DNA of 63,143 bases, filler included, from Octopus bimaculoides (GCF_001194135.2; 3 parts of 3 records of this genome joined end to end with filler, not necessarily neighbours in it), one strand, 5' to 3'. Shown: positions 1-11,450, counted from the whole stretch's first letter. Notes: generated by a model not told the origin, from the sequence alone. Program-made: numbers and translations.

Positions 1-115
1 AAGAGCACCACAGCACATACCCAAGGCGCACAGAGCTGCGCTCGGTAGTGAAGTGAAAGCACGTTATAAAAATAAAACTACTGAACAATAATAATAATAA
101 TAATAATAATAATAG
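1..115 (+). mobile_element. Probable 3' UTR/tail of a non-LTR retrotransposon (R4/Dong-like), ending in (AAT)n
   Basis: ...GCTCGGTAGTGAAGTGAAAGCACGTTATAAAAATAAAACTACTG followed by (AAT)n; family assignment is by resemblance only. Confidence 0.45.
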
Positions 116-622
116 AAAAAGCAGCAATGATAATAATGTTTTCTTTGTTAACAATGAAGGGTTCACAAAAACATTGGGGACAGTACTGGACAATACAATG
201 CAGAAGCCACAAGAACTCAAAGAGATACATAAAAAATATGAGGCAACAATAACTGAATGGCTTACAAAGAAAATGTGTGCCGAAAGAATGAATAAGTAAT
301 ACAAAGAGAAGGAGAGAGGTGAAAGACATTATATAATACATAAATGGACAAATGAAAAATTCAATGGAACAAATATTTGTGTGTGAATAAATATGAAAAC
401 AAAAATCTGATAAAACACAACGCTTAATACAAGTTATAATTAAAGAAAACAAATATGAAAAAATACTAGCTCAATGGGTTAGAGGACGCCATATCTCTGC
501 CTGCCAGCTGTTGTTTCTAGCATTGTGTGGTGCAACCAAAAGCACCAGTTAACGATTTTTTTGAGTTAGTGGGTTTGAAAACTCCATCTTTGGAGTATGA
601 GTGTTTTTATTTGTTATAGTAT

Positions 623-785
623 AGGCACAGGCATGACTGTGTGGAAAGAAGTCTGCTTCCAAACCACGTGGTTTCAGATTCAGTCCCACTGCAGGACATG
701 TTGGGCAAGTGTCTTCCATAGCCCCAGGTCAACCAAAACCAAAGTCTTGTGAGTGAATTTGGTAAATGGAAACTGAAAGAAACCC
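623..785 (+). mobile_element. tRNA-derived SINE family A, 5' module (degenerate copy)
   Basis: A-box-like TGACTGTGTGG, B-box-like ATTCAGTCCC, then TTGGGCAAGTGTCTT...GGAAACTGAAAGAA; aligns with copies at 786, 3748, 4812, 26331 and 34203. Confidence 0.85.
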
Positions 786-1140
786 TGTGTGGTAAGTAGC
801 TTGCTTACAAACCACATGGTTCTGGGTTCAGTCCCACTGCGTGACACCTTCGGCAAGTGTCTTCTACTACAGCCTCGGGCCAACCAAAGCCTTGTGAATG
901 GATTAGGTAGATGAAAACTGAAAGAAGCGCGTTGTATATATATGTGTGTGTGTTTGTGTGTCTGTGTTTGTCCCCAAACATCGCTTGACAACCGATGCTG
1001 GTGTGTTTACGTCCCCGTAACTTAGCGGTTCGGCAAAAGAGACCGATAGAATAATTACTAGGCTTACAAAGAATAAGTCCTGGGGTTGATTTGCTCAACT
1101 AAAGGTGGTGCTCCAGCATGGCCAAAACAAGTAAAAGAGT
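786..1140 (+). mobile_element. SINE family A, near full length (5' module, TA/TG microsatellite, 3' module)
   Basis: GGTTCAGTCCCACTGCG...CGGTTCGGCAAAAGAGACCGATAGAATA...CCAGCATGGCC...AACAAGTAAAAG; colinear with the 3748 and 4812 copies. Confidence 0.92.
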
Positions 1141-1149
1141 ATAGTGTGT

Positions 1150-1395
1150 GTATGTGTCCTTGTGCCTTGACTTTGCAGATTAGTTGTAAATGAATGTCAT
1201 TGTCAATTAGATGGTGTCCCTTATTTCCAGTCCTTCATAAAAACTTGTCTAGTCATGGGGAAATATTACCTTACTAGGAAACAGGTGAAGGTTGGTGACT
1301 GGAAGGGCATCCAGCTATAGAAAAGTCCATCTCAACAAATTCTGTCTGATCCATGCAAGCATGTACAAGTGAACATTAAAACAATGATGATGATT
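1150..1395 (+). mobile_element. SINE/LINE 3' portion with RTE-type tail (GGAAGGGCATCCAGC...CATGCAAGCATG...(GAT)n)
   Basis: Shares its tail with 2175-2470 (-), 7880-8000 and 14505-14670. Confidence 0.7.
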
Positions 1396-1479
1396 ATGAT
1401 AGTGTCTAAGTTTTATTTTTAGTAGGAATCTGTCTTTTGCCTGTATTATGAAATGTGCTTGTTTTTTGCTTAAATGGAA

Positions 1480-3130
1480 AATCTATGGCAACATAAATGT
1501 TTGATTTTATCTACAAGTTGTCTGTTTGATTCTCGAAGGATGATGAATCATAGTTCTTCATCTTCCTATTCATCATTCTTCATTATTTCTTTCTTTCTTT
1601 GAGAAGGATCATCATTGTTTTGTGAAAATTGTTCCTCCTCACCTGTTTTTGTAGTTTTATGTTGACTTTTCTTTATTTGAGATCTTTTTTCCTTTTTTTC
1701 CTCTTGTGTTTTCTCTGACATTTTGTACTCTTTCTTCAGTAACCATTGTGTCTTACTTATCACATGATGATGGAGTGATGTTACTGGTTGATGCAGTTAG
1801 ATAAAAGAGTGTTTGTGGGCTTGTTTCCAGGACTAGGTATAAAGCAGTTCTACCATTCACAGAATTTTGACTGACGGTGCTCTGGAAACTACCGTTTGTT
1901 GCTCTAGCTGCTGCTTTGACTGGTTTCTGTTGTTTTTTTTTTTTCTGGTTTTCTAGTTCATCAGAGTAAGGGGTTCTGAAATGGTTCTTACTATGACAAA
2001 TATAACAACTAGGCCTTTTGGCCTGTCTAATTACACTCTTTGTCTTAACAACCTCAACTAAGCATGGTTCCTGTATGGCTTTGTGGTCATTGAGTGTTAT
2101 ATTAAGATTTTCAAATTCTCCCCTCCTCACCTTCTGACTAAATGCCTCCTTTCATTAGCTCTGCTTTAATCATTATCACCATCATCGTCGTTTAACGTCT
2201 GCTTTCCATGCTAGCATGGGTTGGACGATTTGACTGAGGACAGGTGGACCAGGATGCGACACCAGACTCCAATCTGATTTGGCAGAGTTTCTACAGCTGG
2301 ATACCCTTCCTAACGCCAACCACTCCGAGAGTGTAGTGGGTGCTTTTATGTGCCACCGGCACGAGGGCCAGTCAGGAGGTACTGGCAACGGCCATGCTCG
2401 AAATGGTGTATTTTGTGTGCCACCTGCAGAGGAGCCTGTCCAGGGGGCACTGGCAATGATCTTGCTCGAACGTCTTACTGTAATTCAAAAGCCATGATCA
2501 ACCACAGATTTACATTATTTACAGTGTCTCTTACCATCACTTGTATTTCTTTGCCCCATGGACTAAGGCACAAATGTATGGCTGGAGGTATGTCAAACAA
2601 TTTTAGCCTAGTTTTTGGTTTTGAAAATACAGCAGATAGTGCCATAACTTTTTACCTTTCTGAGTTAAGAAGATTTCTTCCCAGATATTCCAAAGTACTT
2701 GCTGTAATTCTTGTCATGAATTTTGTGCTATCTTTTCTAAAGCTTAGATAGATGATGTTTTTCCTTGCTCTCTCATGGATTACATCTTACAACTCAGAAA
2801 TACTTAAGTCTAAAAATTTAACTTGTCTTGTTTCTTTTATAAGTGAAGGAAGAACAGCCTAAACATAGCTACTATATGAGCAATTTAAAGTGCAAATGTT
2901 GCCACTATTGTTGTTATTATTATCTTCAAAATTATCTGCTAGACTATTTGGAATATCTTTTATCGATTCATTTAAATTTTCCTTTTTGTTCATTCAGCTA
3001 TGTATTTTGTTTATGTGTTGTTTTCTTCCTTGTTAGCTATTGTAACATTTTGTCATGTATTGTATTTGTGTTTGGTGGTCATTTTGAAAGTCATAATGTT
3101 GTGTGTGTAAATAATTAAGAATAGCTTATG
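1480..3130 (-). mobile_element. Decayed gag/ORF1-like retroelement with CCHC zinc knuckle, interrupted by a SINE
   Basis: Minus-strand reading RPSCYICHSKNHFRTPY (CX2CX4HX4C-like, last Cys lost) in ORF 1753-2130, followed by a Lys/Glu-rich tail. The segment at 2500-2760 (IHLCLSPWGKEIQVMVRD) is homologous to 9300-9480 (IHLCPSLWVKEITIRD). Confidence 0.6.
2175..2470 (-). mobile_element. SINE/LINE 3' piece with RTE-type tail inserted into the gag-like remnant
   Basis: Reverse complement reads ...GGAAGGGTATCCAGCTGTAGAAAC...CAAATCGTCCAACCCATGCTAGCATGGAAAGCAGACGTTAAACGACGATGATG. Confidence 0.8.
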
Positions 3131-3747
3131 TAAAAACAAACACACTTTTTGATTGTCTGTCCTTGGGTATCTGACCATCAAAGAAGACTGGAAAAAAGCA
3201 CTTCTCTTTCCACCCTCACTTTCCTTTCCAAGTGAAACTAAAAGTCTTGATGAGGGCTTGCTTGCCTAAAGAGCAAAGTCTCTGCTCTCAATCCTTTCAG
3301 CCTTGTCTACTACACAACCTCTTTGTCATATCCACCAAATAGAGGAACACTGCCTGCTAAGCCTTGATAAAGGAGGGCAATAGGACTCAGCTGATAGCCA
3401 GAAACATTTTACATGTGACAATATCTGTTCAACATAACTCCACAAGTCAGCAAAGTTCAGACATTGCACATGTCTATGCAGTATGGTTTCATAGTTCTGT
3501 GCACATCTCAGCTGTTTGGTTGGGTGAAACACAAACGTACACAATCTCCAATAGATCCATAAACAGCAGCTTCCATCTTATGTGATGCATCAAGGAGAGA
3601 GTTGGAAACAAACTTAGCTTTAGTAGGTTACTGATCAATTTGGATTAGTCGAAAGCTTTTGATAAGGTTGATCATCAAACTTGGCAGCTGTTAAAATCAG
3701 GTAAGAAGGGTGAAATCGATATCATAAAAAAAATAAATAATTAGCAG

Positions 3748-3911
3748 TAGGTGTAGGAGTGGCTGTGTGGTAAGTAGCTTGCTTACCAACCACATGGTTC
3801 CGGGTTCAGTCCCACTGCGTGGCATCTTGGGCAAGTGTCTTCTACTATAGCCTCGGGCTGACCAAAGCCTTGTGAGTGGATTTGGTAGACGGAAACTGAA
3901 AGAAGCCCATC

Positions 3912-3969
<58 letters not shown>

Positions 3970-4188
3970 GTGTGTGTGTGTGTGTGTATGCTTGTGTGTC
4001 TGTGTTTGTCCCCCCAACATTGCTTGGCAGCCGATGCTGGTGTGTTTACATCTCCGTAACTTAGTGGTTCGGCAAAAGAGACCGATAGAATAAGTACTAG
4101 GCTTACAAAGAATAAGTCCTGGGGTCGATTTGCTTGACTAAAGGCGGTGCTCCAGCATGGCCACATCAAATGACTGAAACAAGTAAAA
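3748..4188 (+). mobile_element. SINE family A, full length, with expanded internal (TA)n/(TG)n
   Basis: A box TGGCTGTGTGG, B box GGTTCAGTCCC, internal microsatellite at about 3913-3990, complete 3' module. Confidence 0.95.
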
Positions 4189-4351
4189 AAAAAGAGAGTA
4201 AATAAATAACAAAATAATAAAGAACAAAATAACAAGAAAAAATCCGTAAATAGTGGACAACCTTACATAGAATGACATAGCAAAAAAAGGCAAGTACCTT
4301 CTTCCTAGATGGTCATTTCACTGTGTATCATGATTTTTGTCCATAGGTAGC

Positions 4352-4612
4352 AACTGTTATTTCCTATTTGATTACTCCTAGAAAGTATGAAAAATGGCTA
4401 ATGTTTCCATCAAAATTTGCTTTTGTTACATTTATTTAAACCTCAAAGAATCCCTCTCTACACATGGTTATGATGCTCCCTCATTAGTTCTGCTCATGAT
4501 CAGAGATGCATATATTGTCAGCCACTAAGGGACATGCTCAAGTGGTTGAGGTCAAGCAACTAACAAGCAAATCTGTGGTATTGAGCAGAATATTTGCTAT
4601 AACGATATTTCT
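4352..4612 (+). repeat. Unclassified dispersed repeat (second copy at 8948-9121)
   Basis: CTGTTATTTCCTATTTG...GAAAGTATGAAAAATGG...GATCAGAGATGCAYATATTGTCAGCCACTAA occurs at both sites. Confidence 0.85.
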
Positions 4613-4811
4613 GCTTTAGCAACTCAGCACTGAATCTGTCTAAAATGTAATGGAAAATAGGTCAGTTTCAAATCATTGATGTCCAGGTCATAAAAGCAAG
4701 GTTTGAAGGGAATAGTAGTCATTTCCTTTGATTTCTAAATAGAAGCAAATAGGAAATAACACTTACTGACCAAGGACAAAAAAAAAAACAAATAAAAATT
4801 TTGTTACACAG

Positions 4812-5200
4812 TAGGCACAGGAGTGACTGTGTGGTAAGTAGCTTGCTTATCAACCACATGGTTCTGGGTTCATTCCTACTGTGTGGCACCTTGGGCAAGT
4901 GTCTTCTACTATTGCCTCGGGCCGACCAAAGCCTTGTGAGTGGATTTGGTAGATGGAAAACTGAAAGAAGCCCGTCGTATATATGTATATATATATGTTT
5001 GTGTGTCTGTGTTTGTCCCTCCAACATCGCTTGACAACCGATGCTGGTGTGTTTACATCCCTGTAAATTAGCGGTTCAGCAAAAGAGATCAATAGAATAA
5101 GTACTAGGCTTACAAAGAATAAGTCCTGGGGTCGATTTGCTTGACTAAAGGCGGTGCTCCAGCATGGCCACAGTCAAATGACTGAAACAAGTAAAAGAGT
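4812..5200 (+). mobile_element. SINE family A, full length
   Basis: Colinear with 3748-4188; several CpG-to-TpG changes. Confidence 0.95.
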
Positions 5201-5204
5201 TTTA

Positions 5205-5680
5205 TCAGATGAACAATTTAGAGAAATTTTCCACCAAAAAGATCTGAAGATTATTGTAAAGGTATGAGGGTTTCCAGTTAAGATGATGAACCACTCATTC
5301 CCTGTTATTTACTGCAAGATATTTCAAATTATAAATATTTATAAAAGATCTTTCTTGTGTACAACAACTCGCTCATTTCTGATTGGCAATATATCAACAT
5401 GATAATGCTCTTGTCAATTCTGCCAAATTAATCAAAGCATTTCTCCAAGATCATGAAATCTGGATTTTAGTTTGGTCTTAGTAGTCTTTCGATTTGAACT
5501 TTATTAAACATTTATGACAGATCATTAAGCTAAAGCTGAACTGAATAACTTTTAAAAGGAAAGAATTTGCAGCAGATCAGAAAGAATGGTATGAATTAGA
5601 GACTTGATTATTGGATTAGCTGGCTGACAGTGGGATTAATACAATAATGAATTTGCAAGATAATCCATGCCAGAAACATT
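5205..5680 (+). mobile_element. Highly decayed Tc1-like transposase remnant (catalytic region)
   Basis: From 5395 reads QHDNALVNSAKLIKAFLQDHEIWILVWS**SFDLNFIKHL*, matching the Tc1 motif QxDNxxxH...WPxQSPDLNPIExLW. Confidence 0.7.
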
Positions 5681-5982
5681 GATTATGAATAAACTTCAAT
5701 TTTAATCATAATGATTTCAGCAAAAATATTTTAAAATAAACAATAATTTTGCAGTAGCTTCATCTTATTGGAAGAAATTAATATATATTGTTGACATCAT
5801 AAATATTTTATAAACTTCCATGAACTAATTTTTTTCCGGAATATCTCAAAGCACACACATAAAACTGCAAACGATAGCGTGTTATTTGGGGTTGAAAAAT
5901 CCCTATTGGATAAAATAAGTCAAAGGCAGCCTTCAACTTTTCATATCCAAAGAGTTGTTCCACCCAATGATTACATGTTAAC

Positions 5983-6056
<74 letters not shown>

Positions 6057-6289
6057 TGTCTTTTAGTCCCCCTTATGCTTTCTTCCTCTTTTCTTTTTCT
6101 CGCTTCCCTTCTCTCACATTTCTTGGCCCTTTCTTTCTTTAACTCCTACTTTTCCTCCTCATTTATCTCCCCTGTACCCTTCTCTTTGTCTCTTTGACTT
6201 TTTTCTCTCTTTCCTGTTCATCCCATAATCCTTCTATCCTGCTGCCCCCTACCTCTTTCTCCTTCCACGTGACCAGTGTTCGGCTAGCC

Positions 6290-6480
6290 ATGATCTTATT
6301 TCCATTGGGCCAGCAGATTTCCAAAATATAGCCCCCCTCCCGATTGTCACAGATCCTCTCTCTCCATGTTTAACAGTTGGAAGAAGGCAGACTGGGTCAA
6401 ATGCTTCATTTGGTTGTCTCCACATGTATACTCGGCTGATAGTTGGAAATAAGGTAATGGATGACTTGTCCAAGAAAATA
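6290..6480 (-). mobile_element. Tc1-like transposase fragment
   Basis: DKSSITLF...RVYMWRQPNEAFDPVCLLPTVKHGERGSVTIG matches the Tc1 motif SDES.F....VWR......P.C..PTVKHGGGSVMVW. Confidence 0.8.
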
Positions 6481-6559
6481 ACATCCTTCCACTACTCTAG
6501 GGACCAATTCTGTACGTTTTAACTCCACTCTAAATGTTTTGCAATGTTTGTTTTTGAAA

Positions 6560-6815
6560 GTAGTGGTTAGGGTGTTGCATTCATGATCACGAGATCATGG
6601 GTTCAACTCCCAGAATGTGTGGTGTGTTGTGTTCATGAACAAAATACTTCATCTCACACATCTTTGTGACCACTCCAACAGCTGACATGTGGGACACTGT
6701 GCACCTGTACAGGTAATGTTTATTTGATGGAAGAAGGGAGCTAACATGTAGCACAATCATTTGATCATTATAAACAAATCATCTGCACATGTTGCTCAGC
6801 AAAAACTTGCTGAAC
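6560..6815 (+). mobile_element. tRNA-derived SINE family C (degenerate)
   Basis: GTAGTGGTTAGGGTGTTG...GGTTCAACTCCC tRNA-like A/B boxes followed by a non-tRNA body. Confidence 0.6.
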
Positions 6816-7189
6816 CATTTTTCTTGGATTGAAAGACTACCATTTACATTACATTTTTTTTTTATTGTTTGTAAATGTTTTATGGTAACTGAGTTTGTTT
6901 TTATGTGAATTATTGAATAAAAATATGGGTATATAATTGCTCATTCAGTTGCTTTGTATCTGATTTTTTTTTATGCTACTCTGGATTACAGGAATTCATA
7001 TAGGTGAGGTGGTGATTTTTTAGCTAGTTACCCTTCCTGCTGATAACTCTTTCATATTTTGATGATGATGACAACGATAATGATGATGATCATCATCATT
7101 GTTGTCATTTTCCTCACATCATCATCATCATCATCATCACATGCATGCTGCTTTTTGTAAATTACTATAAAGAAGGTGAAAATTTCTGC

Positions 7190-7370
7190 TAAGAGAGCAG
7201 ATTGTTTGAAGATGCATCGTTCAGTTATCTGAAGCCTATGTATTCACACACATACAAATATATTATCATAGGTGCACTGGGCTATGTAACAACGGATTTG
7301 CATGAAAGCCTAGAAATGCTGGAGTTCTGCAAGAAAGAACAAAGCAGATTCCTGAATAATAGCTTCATAT
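7190..7370 (+). mobile_element. Fragment of RLE-type LINE (R4/Dong-like) C-terminus
   Basis: YKYIIIGALGYVTTDLHESLEMLEF resembles the PIIxGALG motif following the restriction-like endonuclease. Confidence 0.55.
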
Positions 7371-7639
7371 TTTGGAACAAAAGTAAGACAGAACTTACAA
7401 GATACCTTAAATTAATAAACAACATTCATGAATTGATAGAATTCGCAATGGAAATGAATGAAAGGGAATTCCATTTTTGAACATTTTGGTAATGAAAGGA
7501 AATGGAACTATTGCAACCAATCTCTTCTGCAAGGTCATGGATACACATCAATACTTAGATTTTAGATCTTGCCATCCCTCTTATATTTAAAAATATCCCA
7601 TTTGATATCACAAAACATATATGTTTGATAGCTACAGAT

Positions 7640-8000
7640 ACAAGTAGTTGACAAAGATGACTGGGAGAACTAAAAATATTCCTTCAGAAACAAAAATGAT
7701 CCACTGGATGTATAATGTCAGTATGCATACACAACATAGTGTAAGCACACTGAGAGAAATGTTGGACATAAGAAGCATTGGATGTGGTGTGCAAGAGAGA
7801 TGTTTGCATTGGTATGGTCATATAGTATGGATGGATGAGGAGAGCTGTGTGAAGAAGTGCCACTCCCAAACAGTTGGCATTAAGAAGGATATCCATCTGT
7901 AGAAACATTGCCAGATCAGACTGGTGCCTGGCGCAGCCTCCTGGCTTTCCAGACCCTAGTCAAACCGTCCAACCCATGCCAGCAATGATGATGATGATAA
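7640..8000 (+). mobile_element. RTE-clade LINE 3' fragment with tail
   Basis: ETKMIHWMYNVS...[37 protein letters not shown] matches the RTE C-terminal E.RMLRW...RLRW.GHV.R motif; ends in CAAACCGTCCAACCCATGCCAGC-(GAT)n. Confidence 0.8.
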
Positions 8001-8014
8001 GATATATGTGTATA

Positions 8015-8075
<61 letters not shown>

Positions 8076-8947
8076 CTATATATGTGTATATATATATGTA
8101 TATATACATATATATGAATATATGCATATGTGTATATATATATGTGTGTATGTGCATATATGTATATGTTTATGTATATATATGTGCATATATATAATAT
8201 ATATATATATATATTATTACAAATTTGGGATATTTACCAATCGATAAGCAACTCCTATTTCAGGATAACCTCATGGTATGGCATACACAGAGAAAATTAA
8301 ATCAAATAAAATAATTAAAATAACATAAAATAAAATTAGTTAAATAAAAATATCTTATCTGTTATTAATCTGTGGGGAAAGAAAGTAGTACAAGTAATTG
8401 TTACATGTATTTCTGTGCTGGTGGGGTGTGTATTAAGGCTATACTTAATACGTAAATCCACCAGTGCGTCCTCAGGCTATGTATATTATTATGTACGGGT
8501 AAAAGTTAAAAATTATATTGAAAATAAAAATTACAAATATATTTTAAAATATTAGATACCTAAAGTACAATTAAAATATATATTGAAAATGCTCTACCTA
8601 AGCAAATTTTAACTATTAAATTAGAAGCATATCAAATCTTATAATATATCTAAGTAAATATTATAGAAATTATATTACTTGTAATAATTTAGTGTAAAAT
8701 ATACCCCTGTCAATACTAGTATAATAAAACATATCTTATGTCAAATGTGAATTAATAGTCTACAATAAAGATTAATTAGTAAATACAACTACTTACAGTA
8801 GAAACTTAGTGGATAAAAGAAGAAAGGTAGATTACTTTACGACATAAGGTTTAATCCTACAAGTTCAAGAGCAAATGGCCACTCCCACTGTCAGACGCTA
8901 AGTATTATGGGGATTGGGTATAACATAAAAGAATAAAATAAAATACT

Positions 8948-9121
8948 CTGTTATTTCCTATTTGCTTACTCTTAGAAAGTATGAAAAATGGTTAGTATTT
9001 CCATCAAAATTTGCTTTTGTTACATTTATTCAAACCCCAAATAATCCCTCTCCACATATGGCTATGATGCTCCCCCGTTACTCCTGCTCATGATCAGAGA
9101 TGCACATATTGTCAGCCACTA
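8948..9121 (+). repeat. Second copy of the 4352-4612 repeat (truncated)
   Basis: Direct sequence match by eye. Confidence 0.85.
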
Positions 9122-9990
9122 ACAAGTAGGCTTTCTATCCCGTGTCTTCCATCAGGCACAGTGTCTATATGTCTCTATAGCCTTCAGGTATCATAAGGAC
9201 TTGCAAGTATCACAATGACATTTTGACATATCCTCACCTTGCAATAATCCTGTTTTGATCATTTTCTCAATTCTAACAATGGATCTACATTGTTTTCAAT
9301 ATCTCTTATTGTGATTTCTTTGACCCATAAACTGGGACACAAATGTATAGTCAGAGATATGTCTTACAATTTCAGCTTGTGATTTGATTTTGTCTTCAGA
9401 TTTAAAGATATAGCTGATGGAGCCATAGTTTTCGTCTTTTTTCTACTGAAAGAACTTTTCCTAATATACCCTGGAGAACCTGTTGTCCTACTTCAGGTGA
9501 AGGAAAATTTTGTCTGCCTCCACTGTTTTCATGAACAGAGATATCCTCTCCTGGATTACTCCTGTGACATAGAAATACTGTTAGTTTTGCAAAATACTTT
9601 CACCTATGTTGTTTTCTTTCTAACTATGATAGATTAAAAAATTCTGTATGTTCATTTTGTATTGAAAGAAGGTTTGCTTTCACACAACTGCTGTATGAAC
9701 AGACAGTAGTATCTGAAATCATATAAGGTTACTTCAATTATTTATTGTTGTTACTACTGTTAACTGTCTTCCAAATCATTTATTCAAGTATTTGGGCTAC
9801 TTTCACCAATTAACTGTTTGCCATACTATTTAATTTTCTCCTTCCTCTTATACATTCAGTTGTGGGATTTAATTTTGTGTAGATTTTCTTTCTTTTCCCA
9901 TTGTAGTGTTTAGTCTTGTCGTATGATTATGTGTAGTAGCCATTTTTGGATGTGAAAATGTGATGTGTAGAAATAAAATTTGAAAAGTTT
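9122..9990 (-). mobile_element. Second decayed copy of the gag/ORF1-like retroelement
   Basis: Stop-ridden minus-strand translation homologous to 2500-2760. Confidence 0.5.
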
Positions 9991-10166
9991 GTGTTACAAA
10001 CTTCTCTCTTTTTTTCTTTTTGTCTACTCCTGTGTATTGAGAGCAGTTTTTGCCTTAGGCAATTATTGTTGTTTTTATAAATATCCAAAAGAAAATTTCA
10101 TTTGATAATCTTTGACTAAAGTGCATTTTGATAGGGAAAGCAAAGCTATCACTGTATGAGAATCAA

Positions 10167-10168
<2 letters not shown>

Positions 10169-10234
<66 letters not shown>
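10169..10234. repeat. (AAT)n microsatellite
   Basis: Perfect trinucleotide array. Confidence 0.97.
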
Positions 10235-10237
<3 letters not shown>

Positions 10238-10348
10238 GTTTCAAATTTTGGCACAGGGCTAGAAGGTCACTTCTGCCACCATGTTTCCCGGTAGGTATGG
10301 TGCGTTTGTTGCTATGTTGCTATTATCTTCACCTGGTCGTCACTATAT

Positions 10349-10957
10349 TCATTTAATACCATCTGATCCAAACAAGTTGATTTTAGTCTTATCAGTAAAA
10401 AGAATTTTATTCCAAAATTCCTTCCCCTTACTCACATAGGTTTTGGCAAAAGAAAGACGATTGGTAATGAGGAGAGGCTTCCTATGAGGAATGTGTCCAT
10501 GAAGATCACACTGGTTCAAACTTTGCTGAACTGTTTGGGCAGATACACTTTCTCCACAAACAGAAGACACTTCTTGGGCCAAAGATGAAGCAGTATGAAG
10601 CCTGTTGTCCATCATGTAACATTGGATGTAGTGAATATCATGTTAAAATAGAAGACAATCAGGAAGATGTTTATTGCTTAACTGCCCAGTAGCTTTGTAC
10701 TCCTGAATTGCTTTTACAACTGTGTTTATGCTACTATGTATTCGTTTGCTAATTAACTTATATCCTAAACCATTCTTGTGCAAATTAAAAATAATTTTCT
10801 CCAAATCTTTAGACAATTCTTTTCCTTTTGGTGCCATTTCAATCACAATGAAGAAGATTTTCACCACGGAACACAAATCAGAATTCCTGCAGATGCAATA
10901 ACAATGACCGTTGCAAAAATGCCAGGAGAAATAATTTATTAGAATTGAAATTATCAA
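10349..10957 (-). mobile_element. Tc1-like transposon remnant (N-terminal HTH and start of DDE domain; ATG at 10837)
   Basis: MAPKGKELSKDLEKIIFNLHKNGLGYKLISKR...VSAQTVQQSLNQCDLHGHIPHRKPLL...FAK...FWNKILFTDKTKINLFGSDG; interrupted by stops/frameshift. Confidence 0.92.
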
Positions 10958-11019
10958 TACCTGAATTTAGTAAAAAAAAAAGTGGATAAAATATTGAATA
11001 TAGCAAATTTTCTTAAGGA

Positions 11020-11175
11020 TACATTATTTACAATTGATGAATATTTGTCCTCATCTTGTTTGTTATTAACACAACGTTTCAGCTGATATACTCTCCTGCC
11101 TCCATCAGGTGTCTTGGGGAAATTTCGAACCTGGGTTCTCATTCCTAAGGTATTTTTTGTTGCTGCTGCTGCTGC

Positions 11176-11212
<37 letters not shown>

Positions 11213-11290
11213 CAGGTCACTGCCTGGAATCAAACATGGAATCTTAGGGTAAATATCCTGCGCTCTTAACCACTATGCCATATGCCTGTG
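11020..11290 (-). mobile_element. Composite SINE: tRNA-derived head, (AAC/AGC)n, then hammerhead-containing 3' module
   Basis: Minus strand: A box TGGCATAGTGG (11270-11280), B box GTTTGATTCC (11226-11235), microsatellite 11160-11212, body with hammerhead fold at 11068-11113. Confidence 0.8.
11068..11113 (-). ncRNA. Type I hammerhead ribozyme fold, degenerate (A9 to G, stem II mismatches)
   Basis: GACAC-CTGATGG-AGGCAG...CAGCT-GAAA-CG-TT-GTGTT. Confidence 0.6.
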
Positions 11291-11450
11291 GAATGAGAAC
11301 CCAGGTTCGAAATTTCCCCAAGACACCTGATGAAGGCTGGAAGGTATATCAGCCGAAACGTTGTGTTAACAGCAAACAAGATGAGGACAAATACCCGTCA
11401 ATTGTAAGTAATGTACATAATTCCTCATCTCTTAAATATAGAACTGTATT
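11290..11450 (+). mobile_element. Inverted second copy of the hammerhead module (pseudo-LTR-like)
   Basis: 11290-11417 is the reverse complement of 11020-11145 at high identity. Confidence 0.85.
11322..11367 (+). ncRNA. Minimal type I hammerhead ribozyme, core intact
   Basis: Stem I GACAC/GTGTT; CTGATGA (11327-11333) plus an extra A; stem II GGCTG/CAGCC; GAAA (11355-11358); palindromic AACGTT stem III; predicted GUU cleavage after 11362. Confidence 0.75.
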
